The position numbers were made by a program, and so were the translations under genes. Positions 19,279 through 28,976 of a stretch of 64,000 nucleotides of DNA are shown piece by piece. This stretch comes from Nanobdellota archaeon (GTDB taxonomy: Archaea; Nanobdellota; Nanobdellia; Woesearchaeales; UBA583). Position 1 is the first letter of the stretch, and each line of letters starts with the position of its first letter. The notes beneath the pieces are model-generated. The model did not search any database, was not told the origin of the DNA, and worked only from the letters and a program-made list of their open reading frames with translations. The stretch spans positions 5,396 through 69,395 of the forward strand of contig JBMCRE010000001.1 of assembly GCA_048625195.1 (NCBI GenBank), in the 5' to 3' direction.

Positions 19279-19941
19279 TTACTTGGATTTTTGATCCCAA
19301 CTGTTAAAATATACCATGTTTTTTGTTGGTATTTTTTTTACTGTTGGGTTCTCTAAAGGATATCCTATTGGAATAATTGCATCTATATTTAAGTGAGGAG
19401 GAACATTGAAAATGGATTTTAAAACGTTATTGTCACCACATTCTACCCAGCATGCACCTAAATTGTAAAAGTGAGTAGTCATTATGATATTTTCAATTAA
19501 TGCTGCGGTATTTTGAATAGAATATGTTTTTCCATATTCTGGATATACATTAATTATTTCATTATCATCTCTTACTATAACTAAACAATATGGTGCATCT
19601 GATATCCAATATTGCTGTAGAGCTGCTTGTGCAGCTTTATATTTAGTTTCTTGATTGTCTACAACTATTATTTTTGTGTTTTGTATATTACCTGCACACG
19701 GAGCATTTAGTCCAGATTCTATGATTGTATGAATTATTTTGTAATCAATTTGTTTGTTTGAAAATTTTCTAATACTTCTTCTTGTTTTGAATTTTTCAAT
19801 ACATTGTTCTTCAAAAGATTTTTTTAATTTCTCATTTTCTTGTCTTAGTTGTTTTATTTCTTCTTTTGCTGTTATCGAATTAGATTTTTTACTAAATATG
19901 TTTTGGGGTTTTAATAGTATTTTTTGTATTTTTTCTTTCAT
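19279..19941 (-). CDS. Nitroreductase family protein with N-terminal coiled-coil extension
   Basis: TRRSIRKF, APCAGNIQ, NLGACWV, IPIGYP. Confidence 0.9.
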   Translation of the reverse strand: MKEKIQKILLKPQNIFSKKSNSITAKEEIKQLRQENEKLKKSFEEQCIEKFKTRRSIRKFSNKQIDYKIIHTIIESGLNAPCAGNIQNTKIIVVDNQETKYKAAQAALQQYWISDAPYCLVIVRDDNEIINVYPEYGKTYSIQNTAALIENIIMTTHFYNLGACWVECGDNNVLKSIFNVPPHLNIDAIIPIGYPLENPTVKKIPTKNMVYFNSWDQKSK

Positions 19942-20080
19942 AAATATAATAATTATAATGAAAGTTTATAAATTTTTTTAATAAAAAATATAATATTTTT
20001 AGTTTTTAATAATAGTATCTTTTCTTTTTTCGATTATTACATAAATAAATTTAAAAATACTTTATATTTTTAAAAGAATA

Positions 20081-20369
20081 ATGGATAAAGAAAACAAAGA
20101 GGGAATTTCAAATTATATTGAAAAAAATATGAATTTCACAGATTTTTTTTATCTTCTTTTTTAATTATATCAATTGCTTTTTAGTACAAAAATGGTATAG
20201 GGATTTTATTTTATGATGATTTAAATAACATTGGCACTATAATTGAAAATGATATTTCAATTGCTTTGTTTGTATTCTAAAGGCATTTATAACCGAAGAT
20301 TATTCAAAAACCGCTTTAAAAAGAGCAAATCTTGATGATTTAAAGCCAAAAATGAGTAATTTGAAGTAA
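20081..20369 (+). pseudogene. Probable decayed small membrane-protein gene
   Basis: TATA-like box about 24 nt before ATG 20081; protein-like pieces in shifting frames (MDKENKEGISNYIEKNMNFTD / FFLSSFLIISIAF*YKNGIGILFY... / AFITEDYSKTALKRANLDDLKPKMSNLK*). Confidence 0.3.
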
Positions 20370-20481
20370 TATTTTTATATTGTTTTATCTAAATTGAATA
20401 AAAATATTTATTTTATAAAATAATTTTATATTTAATTTTCTAACCACTTTTTTTATAAATAAGTTTGGATTATTTGTTTGT

Positions 20482-22230
20482 ATGAATAAGACAAGTAATA
20501 AGCTTTTTTTCGAAGAGTTGATAAACAAAATACATAATAATAATATTTCATCTGCAAAAGAATTAAATTTATTAAAGATAAAACTTGCTAAAAAATATAA
20601 AATTAATAAAGTTGTTAAAAATTCTCAAATAATTGGATTTGCAGATAAGGAAACAAGGGAAAAATTAATCAATTTATTGAATATCAAACCTATTAGAGAT
20701 ATTTCTGGAGTAAATGTTGTTGCTTTATTTACAAAACCACATAATTGTCCTCATGGTAGATGTGTTTATTGTCCTGGTGGATTAAAGTCAGAATTTGGTG
20801 ATACACCACAAAGTTATACTGGATTTGAACCTGCAGCACTTCGAGCAATTAGAAATAATTATGATCCTTATTTTCAAGTTTTTAATAGATTAGAACATTA
20901 TGTAATAAATGGCAAAATTCCTGATAAGTTAGAATTAATTTTTATGGGAGGAACTTTTCCTGTTTTAGATAAGAACTATAGAGATAATTTTGTCTATTAT
21001 GTATATAAAGCTATTAATGATTTTAGTGAAGAATTTTTATATTTAGATGAAAATAATAAGAAGCAAGTTGATTTTAAAAAGTTCAATATTTTTTTTGAAA
21101 CAGATAAAGATTTAAATTCTAAAGAAAGAGAAAAAAATATATTAGAGAAATTTGAACAATTAAAATATAACAATAATAATGATAGTTGTGATAATTATAA
21201 AGATGAAATAAAAAAAGTTCAATATGCTTTAATTCGCCCAATTGGTTTAACTATTGAAACAAGACCAGATGAGACATTAAAGAAAAGTTGTTTAGAGATG
21301 TTAAATTATGGATGTACTAGATTTGAGATAGGTGTGCAATCTTTAAATGATGAAGTATTGAAAAAAAATAATAGAGGTCATGGTTTGAAAGAAATCAAGG
21401 AATCTTTTGAAATTTTAAAAGATATGTGTTTTAAAATTAATGTGCATATGATGATTGGTCTTGCTTTTTCTGATATTGCCAAAGATAAAAAGTCTTTAAT
21501 TGATTTGTTTAAAGATAGGAGTTTTAGGCCAGATATGATAAAAATATATCCTTGTTTAGTTGTTAGAGGTACTAAACTTTATGATATGTATAAATTAGGA
21601 CAATATACTCCGATTAAAACACAAAAAGCTAGTGAAATAATCTCTAAGAGTTTTAAATATTTTCCAAGATATGTTAGGGTTATGAGAGTTCAAAGGGATA
21701 TTCCAACTCAAAATGTAGTAGCAGGAGTTTTAAACTCAAACTTGAGAGATTATGTTGATGCAAAATTAAAAAACGAAAATATAATCTCTATTGATATTCG
21801 TTCACGAGAAATAGGCCATAGGTTGTTAAAAGGATATAATATAGGTGATTTTAAAATTAAAGTAACAAAGTATGATTCTTCAGGAGGAATAGATTTTTTT
21901 ATAGAGTCAGTTGATAATCAGGATACTTTGATGGGATTTGTTAGGTTAAGATTTCCAGGGGAATATGGTTATATTGATGAAATAAGTGAAGGAAGTGCCC
22001 TAATTAGGGAATTGCATATTTATGGATCAACAGTTAGTGTAGGAAATTGTGGAGATGTAAAAGATTTTCAACATAAAGGTTGGGGAAAAAAATTATTGCA
22101 AAAAGCTGAGGATATTGCTAAAGAACACGGCTTTGAAAAAATGGTAGTAATTTCAGGAGTAGGTGTTAGGGAATATTATCAAAAACTGGGTTATCATCTT
22201 GAAAAATATTATATGGTAAAAAAAATATAA
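20482..22230 (+). CDS. elp3: tRNA uridine(34) acetyltransferase Elp3
   Basis: CPHGRCVYCPGG, PQSYTGFEPA, GLTIETRPD, FEIGVQS, RVQRDIP, IRELHIYG, QHKGWGKKLL, ISGVGVREYY. Confidence 0.96.
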   Translation: MNKTSNKLFFEELINKIHNNNISSAKELNLLKIKLAKKYKINKVVKNSQIIGFADKETREKLINLLNIKPIRDISGVNVVALFTKPHNCPHGRCVYCPGGLKSEFGDTPQSYTGFEPAALRAIRNNYDPYFQVFNRLEHYVINGKIPDKLELIFMGGTFPVLDKNYRDNFVYYVYKAINDFSEEFLYLDENNKKQVDFKKFNIFFETDKDLNSKEREKNILEKFEQLKYNNNNDSCDNYKDEIKKVQYALIRPIGLTIETRPDETLKKSCLEMLNYGCTRFEIGVQSLNDEVLKKNNRGHGLKEIKESFEILKDMCFKINVHMMIGLAFSDIAKDKKSLIDLFKDRSFRPDMIKIYPCLVVRGTKLYDMYKLGQYTPIKTQKASEIISKSFKYFPRYVRVMRVQRDIPTQNVVAGVLNSNLRDYVDAKLKNENIISIDIRSREIGHRLLKGYNIGDFKIKVTKYDSSGGIDFFIESVDNQDTLMGFVRLRFPGEYGYIDEISEGSALIRELHIYGSTVSVGNCGDVKDFQHKGWGKKLLQKAEDIAKEHGFEKMVVISGVGVREYYQKLGYHLEKYYMVKKI

Positions 22231-22325
22231 AATAACTAATACTAAAATAAAAAAGAATATTTTTCCATTATTTAGCAATTTTAGTGTAATTATAATAACA
22301 TTTTTTCTTGTTTTCTTTTTTATGT

Positions 22326-23039
22326 TTAATTAAATTTAGTTTTTTTTAGTGGATTAAGAATATTAAAAATTGCATTTAAGAGTATTTTGAAAAATTTTGT
22401 TTTTGTTAGAGGATGTTTTATAACTATTGTTTTGTTTTGTTTGATTGCATTAATGATATCTTTTTTATTATTTGAAGAGTTAATTAATGTGTATACATTT
22501 CCTTGAAAATTTAGATTATGTACATCACAATTTCCTACAAGTGGTTTATTATATTTTTGTGCCATCTTTATTGTCTTTTTGTTTAAATTAAAATTTTTTA
22601 AGTAAAAAAAAGAAATTTCGTAGGCATCAAATAATGTTTTATATTTTTTTATATTGTCTTTTAGGCAACTTGAATGAATAAAATATGGGTGTGGTGCAAT
22701 TATTAACATTTGAGGATTATTGTTTTTAAGTGTTTGTAATTGATTTAAAGATTTTATCTTTTCAACTTCTTCTTTAGGAGCATTATAAATTAATACATGT
22801 TGTTTATTGATTGTTTTTTCAATTCCTTCAATTAATGTGATTCCTTTTGTTTTTGCGTATTTTATAGCATTATTGTCATCGAAATTTTTATCATGACAAG
22901 TAATACCAATGACATGATATCCTCTTTTATACATTTCATCTATAATTTGTTTATTAGTATATCGAATTGAAGTGTCCTTAGGGTCTAAATTGGTATGAAT
23001 GTGTAATTCTGTTTTTAATTGTGCTTGAGTGTTCAACAT
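22326..23039 (-). CDS. PHP-domain metallophosphoesterase
   Basis: ELHIHT, ITCHD, APHPY, GNCDVH. Confidence 0.85.
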   Translation of the reverse strand: MLNTQAQLKTELHIHTNLDPKDTSIRYTNKQIIDEMYKRGYHVIGITCHDKNFDDNNAIKYAKTKGITLIEGIEKTINKQHVLIYNAPKEEVEKIKSLNQLQTLKNNNPQMLIIAPHPYFIHSSCLKDNIKKYKTLFDAYEISFFYLKNFNLNKKTIKMAQKYNKPLVGNCDVHNLNFQGNVYTLINSSNNKKDIINAIKQNKTIVIKHPLTKTKFFKILLNAIFNILNPLKKTKFN

Positions 23040-23140
23040 ACTTTATTAAATATAAATTTATTTATATGCGTTTTTAAAATAAATATTTGACATTAATGTT
23101 ATAACAAACTTTTATAAATAATCTTATTTTATATAGATAT

Positions 23141-23275
23141 ATGAATAATAATTTAAAAAAATTTGGTATTATGTTGATTTTATTATCAATTTTTTTGACA
23201 ATTCCTTATTTATTTACAAAAAATATTGGACTCTCTGTTCTTATAGCATTAATTGCTTTAGTTGTTGTGAAATGA
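23141..23275 (+). CDS. Small two-helix membrane protein (44 aa), not in ORF track
   Basis: MNNNLKKFGIMLILLSIFLTIPYLFTKNIGLSVLIALIALVVVK*; TTTATAAA about 22 nt upstream. Confidence 0.55.
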   Translation: MNNNLKKFGIMLILLSIFLTIPYLFTKNIGLSVLIALIALVVVK

Positions 23276-23483
23276 GAAGAGATTAAGAGCTTTAGGGCTT
23301 AAGAGACTAAGAGCTTAAGGGACTAAGTGATTAAGAGATTAAGAGTTTTAGGGCTTAAGAGACTAAGAGCTTAAGGGACTAAGTGATTAAGAGATTAAGA
23401 GTTTTAGGGCTTAAGAGACTAAGAGCTTAAGGGACTAAGTGATTAAGAGATTAAGACTTTTAGGGCTTAAGAGACTAAGAGCT
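23276..23483. repeat. Higher-order tandem repeat: 26 octamers forming about 3.7 copies of a 56-bp unit
   Basis: Unit TAAGAGAT-TAAGAG(C/T)T-TTAGGGCT-TAAGAGAC-TAAGAGCT-TAAGGGAC-TAAGTGAT; copies start at 23276, 23332, 23388 and 23444 (partial). Confidence 0.95.
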
Positions 23484-23530
23484 TAAAGAAGTGTTAGCTT
23501 TTTAGCTCTTCATCACTTGAACTATATAAA

Positions 23531-23764
23531 TTAATATTCATTGAATATGTAATTTATTTTTTTATTAGAGTGTAAATATCTTAATATTAAATGAATTTGC
23601 ATAACTATGTCTATTATTATTGCAAAATAAAATAATAATATTTGTATGTTTTGTTTTAATATAAATAATAAAAACATGCATACAAAAAACATGCTATAAA
23701 CTAAGATTAGTTTGTTCTGATAGTCTTTTAGAGATTTATATTTATATTTTCCTACTTTATACAT
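23531..23764 (-). CDS. Small membrane protein (2 TM)
   Basis: Two hydrophobic helices; TATA-like box upstream. Confidence 0.55.
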   Translation of the reverse strand: MYKVGKYKYKSLKDYQNKLILVYSMFFVCMFLLFILKQNIQILLFYFAIIIDIVMQIHLILRYLHSNKKINYIFNEY

Positions 23765-23999
23765 ATATTTATTTAAAAATTATTTTATTTATAAATTTAA
23801 TTACGTTTTTGTAATATGTGTATTTTATTTGACCGATTTTATACATTCATAATTTTTAGAAGTAACAACAAGTTTTAATTTAAAAATAATATCTCAATAG
23901 ATTTTTTGATGTAAAATGTTTTTTGTGTATATTTCTCAATCAAAATAATAATAATTATAATGAGTTTAACTTACTTTAACTTGACTTTACCTAAAAAGA

Positions 24000-24662
24000 T
24001 TATATTTGTCGGTTTAACAAGGTAATAGGATATACCACATTTTTTCCAGACATTCGTTCTATTTTAATATTCTGCTCAAGTTCTAATTCTTTTAAATAAT
24101 TATAAAAAGTAGCTTTTGAACAGTATCTATAATGATCTACGAATAAAAATTTTAATTCACTTAGATACATCCCATTTTCAGATATCATAGTTGTTAATTT
24201 TTGTTTTAGTATCTCTCTTTTGTTTGCTTTTGCTTTAAATGCTAAGAGTGCTTCATATGGATCTTTGATATGACTACTTTGGGTTTTTTTATTTTTATTT
24301 GATAAATTCGTTTGCATGTTTTCGTTTTCATTACTAACGTTATTGGAGTTTGTAATTACTTCATGCTGTGTTTGTTTTGGAGTATTAGTAGATATGTTTT
24401 CGTTTTTATTGGTTTGAGGAATATTGTGTTTATTTGATTGAAAATCCTTTATATAATCTATTGCTATTTTTAAACCATTTAATTCGCCTTTTAGTTCAGA
24501 AATATTATAATTAAGGTTATCTATTTTGTTTCTTAATTGAGAATTTTCTTCATTGATTTTATATAAATTGTTTTTTAATTGAAAATTTTCATCTTTTAGA
24601 GTTTCTATATCAAGTTTGCATTTTGCAAAACCTTTTTTGATTATATCTCTGATGTCATCCAT
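24000..24662 (-). CDS. Coiled-coil, low-complexity linker and C-terminal winged-helix-like protein
   Basis: N-terminal heptads; C-terminal LSELKFLFVDHYRYCSKATFYNYLKELE..IKIER..KNVVY fits a winged HTH. Confidence 0.65.
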   Translation of the reverse strand: MDDIRDIIKKGFAKCKLDIETLKDENFQLKNNLYKINEENSQLRNKIDNLNYNISELKGELNGLKIAIDYIKDFQSNKHNIPQTNKNENISTNTPKQTQHEVITNSNNVSNENENMQTNLSNKNKKTQSSHIKDPYEALLAFKAKANKREILKQKLTTMISENGMYLSELKFLFVDHYRYCSKATFYNYLKELELEQNIKIERMSGKNVVYPITLLNRQI

Positions 24663-24865
24663 ATTATTATTTAATTTCACTTATTTATATAATTTATGTT
24701 TTTAAAGAGTAGTTGTTATTTGAAAAATTGTACTTTATTAGGTTTAAATATATTTGTCAAAGAGTATATAATTATGTTAAATAATAAATATATTTAAAAA
24801 AAAATGTCACTAACCAAGATGTGCTAACAAAATTTATAACTAAAACTATTTTTAGATATTCTATA

Positions 24866-24982
24866 ATGGAAAAAGTAGAAATAAAAAAAATATCTATTAA
24901 AGATCAAGAAGAAGAAAAAATTAAAAATCAAAAATTTGTTGAATCTATGCTTAGAAGAATGAATCAAAAAAAATATACTTAA
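24866..24982 (+). CDS. Small charged protein (38 aa), not in ORF track
   Basis: MEKVEIKKISIKDQEEEKIKNQKFVESMLRRMNQKKYT*; AAAATTTATAAC about 25 nt upstream. Confidence 0.4.
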   Translation: MEKVEIKKISIKDQEEEKIKNQKFVESMLRRMNQKKYT

Positions 24983-25083
24983 AGTTTTTACTATGTTTTA
25001 TTTTATATTGTACTTATTTTATTGATAATTCCTTAAATTATTAGTTTTATTTTGTTTGTAAAAGCTATTTTTTAGTAATAAAA

Positions 25084-25091
25084 TTTATAAA
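25084..25091 (+). promoter_or_regulatory. Archaeal TATA box (TTTATAAA) with A-rich BRE-like flank upstream of rpl44e
   Basis: TTTATAAA ends 22 nt before ATG 25114; the same spacing recurs before many genes in the window. Confidence 0.65.
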
Positions 25092-25113
25092 GCGTTTTTA
25101 ATTATCTTTATTT

Positions 25114-25434
25114 ATGAAAATTCCTAAACAAATAAAGAGGTATTGTCCTAGTTGCAAAAAACATACTTCTCAAAAAGTTAAAAATGAAAAAAATAGAGGA
25201 AAGAGTAAAACTCATCCTTTAACAAGATTTTCAAAAGTAAGGCAAGAACTTAGAGGTATTGGTATTGGTAGAGGAAATCAAGGAAGAATGAGTAGAGGAG
25301 CTATGAATTCTTGGAAAAGATTTAACAAGAAACATTCTAAGAAAACTGATTTTAGATATAAATGTATGGAGTGCAATAAAACTAATGTATCTGCTAGTTC
25401 TGGAATTAGATCTAAAAAAATTTCTGTTGAGTAA
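25114..25434 (+). CDS. rpl44e: 50S ribosomal protein L44e
   Basis: MKIPKQIKRYCPSCKKHT...KKTDFRYKCMECNK...GIRSKK. Confidence 0.93.
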   Translation: MKIPKQIKRYCPSCKKHTSQKVKNEKNRGKSKTHPLTRFSKVRQELRGIGIGRGNQGRMSRGAMNSWKRFNKKHSKKTDFRYKCMECNKTNVSASSGIRSKKISVE

Positions 25435-25499
25435 ATATTATAATTTTTTATTAATTATAGTTTTTATAATTTTTTAAGTTATATATTATTATTTTTTAA

Positions 25500-27272
25500 A
25501 TGGTACGGCTAGCAGTTATAAATAAGGAAAAGTGTAAACCTAATGTTTGTAGTTGGGAGTGTGCTAAATCGTGTCCTGTGAATATGACAGGTTCAGAATG
25601 TATATATGAAGGTCCTGATAAGAAATCAAGGATTGATGAGATATTATGTACAGGATGTGGAATTTGTCCTAAACAGTGTCCTTTTTCCGCTATTACTATT
25701 ATTAATTTACCTGAAGCTTTAAATAAAGATCCTATACATCAATATGGTGAAAATGGTTTTAGAATATTTGATTTACCAATAATTCAAGAAGGCAAAATCA
25801 CAGGAATTTTAGGTAGAAATGGAATAGGAAAATCTACAGTAATTAATGTTTTAGCAAATACTTTGTATGCTAATTTTGGAGATAATTCTAAGTTAGAAGA
25901 TAAAAAAAATAAAGAAGAGTATTTTAAACAATTAAGTAGTTTATTTAAAGGTAGTTTACTTCAAAATTATTTTTTAAGATTAGAAAAAGGAGAAATTAAA
26001 ATTTCTTATAAACCTCAACAAATAATTAATATTCCTAAATTGTTTAAAGGAAAAGTAAAAGATTTATTTTTAAAGGTAAATAGTGATATAAAAAAAATTG
26101 ATAAAATAACTCAAAAATTAGGAATTGAACAGGTTTTAGATAGAGATATAAGTGTATTATCAGGTGGAGAGTTACAAAGAGTTGCAATAAGTGCTTGTTT
26201 GTTAAAGGATAGTTCTAATTTTTATGTTTTTGATGAAATTACTAATTATTTGGATATTTATCAAAGATTGAATACTTCTAGGTTGATTAAAGAGAGTGTT
26301 GAAAAAAAAACTGCTTTGGTGGTTGAACATGATTTAGTTGTTTTAGATTTTTTAGTAGATTATATCCATATTATGTACGGACAACCTGGTGCTTATGGAA
26401 CAATGACTGGTGTTAAAACATCAAAGGTAGGAATTAATGATTATTTAGAAGGGTTTTCTAAGGAAGAAAATGTGAGATTTAGAGATAAGCCTATTACTTT
26501 TGAAAAGGAAAGTGCAGGGGAGGCAAAAAGAGTTGCAATTCTTGCTAATTGGGAAGATAAAAGTATTTGCTTGGGGGATTTTAAATTAGATATAAAAGGA
26601 GATAATATTAAAAAAGGAGAAATTATTGGAGTTATTGGAAGAAATGCATTAGGTAAATCTACTTTTATAGAACATGTTGCAAAAAATGGTTTTGAAGATG
26701 AGAAAGTTGTTATTTCTTATAAACCACAGTTAATACCAAAAAGTGAAAATACTGTTTATGAAGAATTATGTCAATTTGGTAATTTTACAGATAATTTTTA
26801 TGAAGTATATGTATTAACTCCTTTAAATATTTATAATATATTAGAAAAAAAAGTTGATAATTTATCAGGTGGAGAATTGCAAAGATATGCTATTGCTAAG
26901 TGTTTATTAGAAGATGCTAATTTGTATTTAATTGATGAGCCAACTGCTTTTTTAGATGTTGAAGATAGGCTGAAAATATCTAAGATGATAAAAAATTTTA
27001 TGACATTAAAAGAGAAAAGTTCTTTTATTATTGATCATGATCTTGTATTTTTAGATTATTTATCAGATAAATTACAGGTTTTTATAGGAGAACCTTCTAT
27101 TTATGGAGTAGCAAATAAAACTGAATCTATGAGAGATGGTATGAATCGTTTTTTAAAGGAGTTAAATGTTACATTTAGAAGAGATGAAAATAATAAAAGA
27201 CCTAGAGTAAATAAACCTGGTAGTGTTAAAGATTCTAATCAAAGAAGAATTGGTGAATATTATTATGTGTGA
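25500..27272 (+). CDS. Ribosome-recycling ATPase ABCE1/RLI
   Basis: N-terminal Fe-S Cys clusters (CKP..C...C...CP; CTGCGICPKQCP); two ABC domains (GRNGIGKST, LSGGELQR twice); FRRDENNKRPRVNK. Confidence 0.96.
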   Translation: MVRLAVINKEKCKPNVCSWECAKSCPVNMTGSECIYEGPDKKSRIDEILCTGCGICPKQCPFSAITIINLPEALNKDPIHQYGENGFRIFDLPIIQEGKITGILGRNGIGKSTVINVLANTLYANFGDNSKLEDKKNKEEYFKQLSSLFKGSLLQNYFLRLEKGEIKISYKPQQIINIPKLFKGKVKDLFLKVNSDIKKIDKITQKLGIEQVLDRDISVLSGGELQRVAISACLLKDSSNFYVFDEITNYLDIYQRLNTSRLIKESVEKKTALVVEHDLVVLDFLVDYIHIMYGQPGAYGTMTGVKTSKVGINDYLEGFSKEENVRFRDKPITFEKESAGEAKRVAILANWEDKSICLGDFKLDIKGDNIKKGEIIGVIGRNALGKSTFIEHVAKNGFEDEKVVISYKPQLIPKSENTVYEELCQFGNFTDNFYEVYVLTPLNIYNILEKKVDNLSGGELQRYAIAKCLLEDANLYLIDEPTAFLDVEDRLKISKMIKNFMTLKEKSSFIIDHDLVFLDYLSDKLQVFIGEPSIYGVANKTESMRDGMNRFLKELNVTFRRDENNKRPRVNKPGSVKDSNQRRIGEYYYV

Positions 27273-27431
27273 ATCGATTTTTAATTCATTCTAATTCAAA
27301 ATCTTTAATAAATTGTTTAATAAAACTATATTTATTTAGATAGTTAAAACCTTTATCAGTTAGAGAAATAGGGTTTAGATATCAAGTGCTGAAGGGCTGT
27401 TTCTTAATTTATTAAATTCTTTGTCTCTTGT

Positions 27432-27746
27432 TTATCTATAATTTAAAATTAAATATATGATAATGATTGATATAATTAATAAAATAATTACATTTTTTAA
27501 ATCTTTGAATGTATAATTCGTAAAAACAAGAATTAATGTTATAGTTAATGTCATAAGAAAAACTCCTAAAAGGAGTAAATATGTTGTATATGCATAATTA
27601 TTAATTTTTTTTATGTTTTCAACTTGTTCATTATTTTGATTAATATTATTATTTTGATTAGTAGTGTTATTCTGAGAATAAATAGATATTATTGTTGTTA
27701 GTAATATTAAAAATAATAAACTTATATTTATTATATTTTTTTTCAT
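27432..27746 (-). CDS. Small membrane/exported protein
   Basis: Signal-like N-terminus, N/Q-rich linker, two C-terminal TM helices. Confidence 0.55.
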   Translation of the reverse strand: MKKNIINISLLFLILLTTIISIYSQNNTTNQNNNINQNNEQVENIKKINNYAYTTYLLLLGVFLMTLTITLILVFTNYTFKDLKNVIILLIISIIIIYLILNYR

Positions 27747-27887
27747 ATATTTTTATATTTATTATTATATTTAAAGTTTTGTAATTTTATAATATGTATG
27801 ATAAATAATTTTATTTTAAATTGTTTAATATGTTTTAAAAATAATAGTATTTGTTCTGTTTTATATGTTTAAAAAAAATTATAAATT

Positions 27888-28259
27888 TTAAATAAATACA
27901 CCAAATAGTGCACCTTCTTGACCAGGTCTTGAAGTTATTCTAACATCGCCTTTTTGAGTTCTTACAATACAACCTTTAGAAATAATATTTCGTCTTGTCC
28001 AATTTATATTTGCAGGATTATTAACAACACTTAATATTTTTAATTTAATAGTTTTATCGTTTTGATTGACACAAACATTTTCTCCTACAAGTAAAGATTT
28101 TTTAATATTTCCACCTCTTGTTCTCTTTATTTTAACTCGTTGTTTTCCAATGTTAGTTAATGCACTAACACCTGCTAATTCCATAGCTCTTTTTTTTCTT
28201 ATATTATTATATTTTGTTCCTGAAACTTTTCTTTTAGATCTAAATTGTGAATTTGCCAT
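27888..28259 (-). CDS. rps8e: 30S ribosomal protein S8e
   Basis: RSKRKVSG, RTRGGN, NPAN...RRNIISKG, ITSRPGQEG. Confidence 0.96.
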   Translation of the reverse strand: MANSQFRSKRKVSGTKYNNIRKKRAMELAGVSALTNIGKQRVKIKRTRGGNIKKSLLVGENVCVNQNDKTIKLKILSVVNNPANINWTRRNIISKGCIVRTQKGDVRITSRPGQEGALFGVFI

Positions 28260-28260
28260 T

Positions 28261-28839
28261 TTATCTTAACCTCCCTGAGTTTGCTTTTAATGATGGTCTT
28301 GCTTTTTCGCTACCAATACCTTTTTTGTGTAATCCTCTTGATTTTTTTCCTGCAGAAGTTAATCCTCTGTCTGCTCTTCTTGTGTGTTTATTAGAAATTA
28401 ACCAATTGATTTTATTATCTGAATAAATTTGTGGATGATATACATCTACTAATATTATTTCATAAAAATAACTTTTTTCATCTTGGCCAATCCAGTATGA
28501 ATTTATAACTTCTAAATTAGGATATTTTTTTTGTGCTTTTTCTTCACATATCCATTGATAGCTTTTAGATTGTGTTATCTTAGTGGATAAATTTCCTCCA
28601 TCTCTTCCTTTTTTAATTTGAGGATTTCTTTTTCCACCTCTTTTAACTCTTACTCTTGCAATTACAAAACCTTGTTTTGCTCTGTATCCTAGAGCTCTTG
28701 CTCTGTCTATTCTTGTTGGATGTTCAACTCTTTCTATAGAGTTACCTTTTCTCCATTCTACAAGTTTTTCTTTATATGAATTTCCAAGATTTTTTCTTGG
28801 TTGTTTCCATGCTTCTTTTATATATTTTAAATAACCCAT
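28261..28839 (-). CDS. rpl15e: 50S ribosomal protein L15e
   Basis: MGYLKYIKEAWKQP, PTRIDRARALGYRAKQG, LEVINSYW, RGLTSAGKKSRGL. Confidence 0.97.
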   Translation of the reverse strand: MGYLKYIKEAWKQPRKNLGNSYKEKLVEWRKGNSIERVEHPTRIDRARALGYRAKQGFVIARVRVKRGGKRNPQIKKGRDGGNLSTKITQSKSYQWICEEKAQKKYPNLEVINSYWIGQDEKSYFYEIILVDVYHPQIYSDNKINWLISNKHTRRADRGLTSAGKKSRGLHKKGIGSEKARPSLKANSGRLR

Positions 28840-28899
28840 TTTTAATTTAAAATTGATATTCTTTTTTTAGATTTATAAGTTTTGTATTTATATCTAAAT

Positions 28900-28976
28900 T
28901 TTGATTCGTTAGAACCAAATTATAAAATATTAACTAAAAACCCGCATCAGTTTTATTTTTATTACATCATCGCCGA
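28900..28976 (-). ncRNA. Candidate structured leader/small RNA upstream of rpl15e (eL15-leader-like)
   Basis: GC-rich islands in AT-rich DNA on the minus strand: CGGCGATGATGT-(A-rich)-CTGATGCGGGTT, then hairpin TTTGGTTC-TAAC-GAATCAAA. Confidence 0.45.

Noticed and set aside
23276..23483. CRISPR array
   Set aside because: Units are contiguous with no unique spacers, and there are no cas genes in the window.
27304..27416. Possible second MITE (11-bp inverted repeat TTTAATAAATT/AATTTATTAAA around a weak hairpin)
   Set aside because: The repeat is all A/T and plausible by chance here; no similarity to the 60385 element. At most a terminator between convergent genes.
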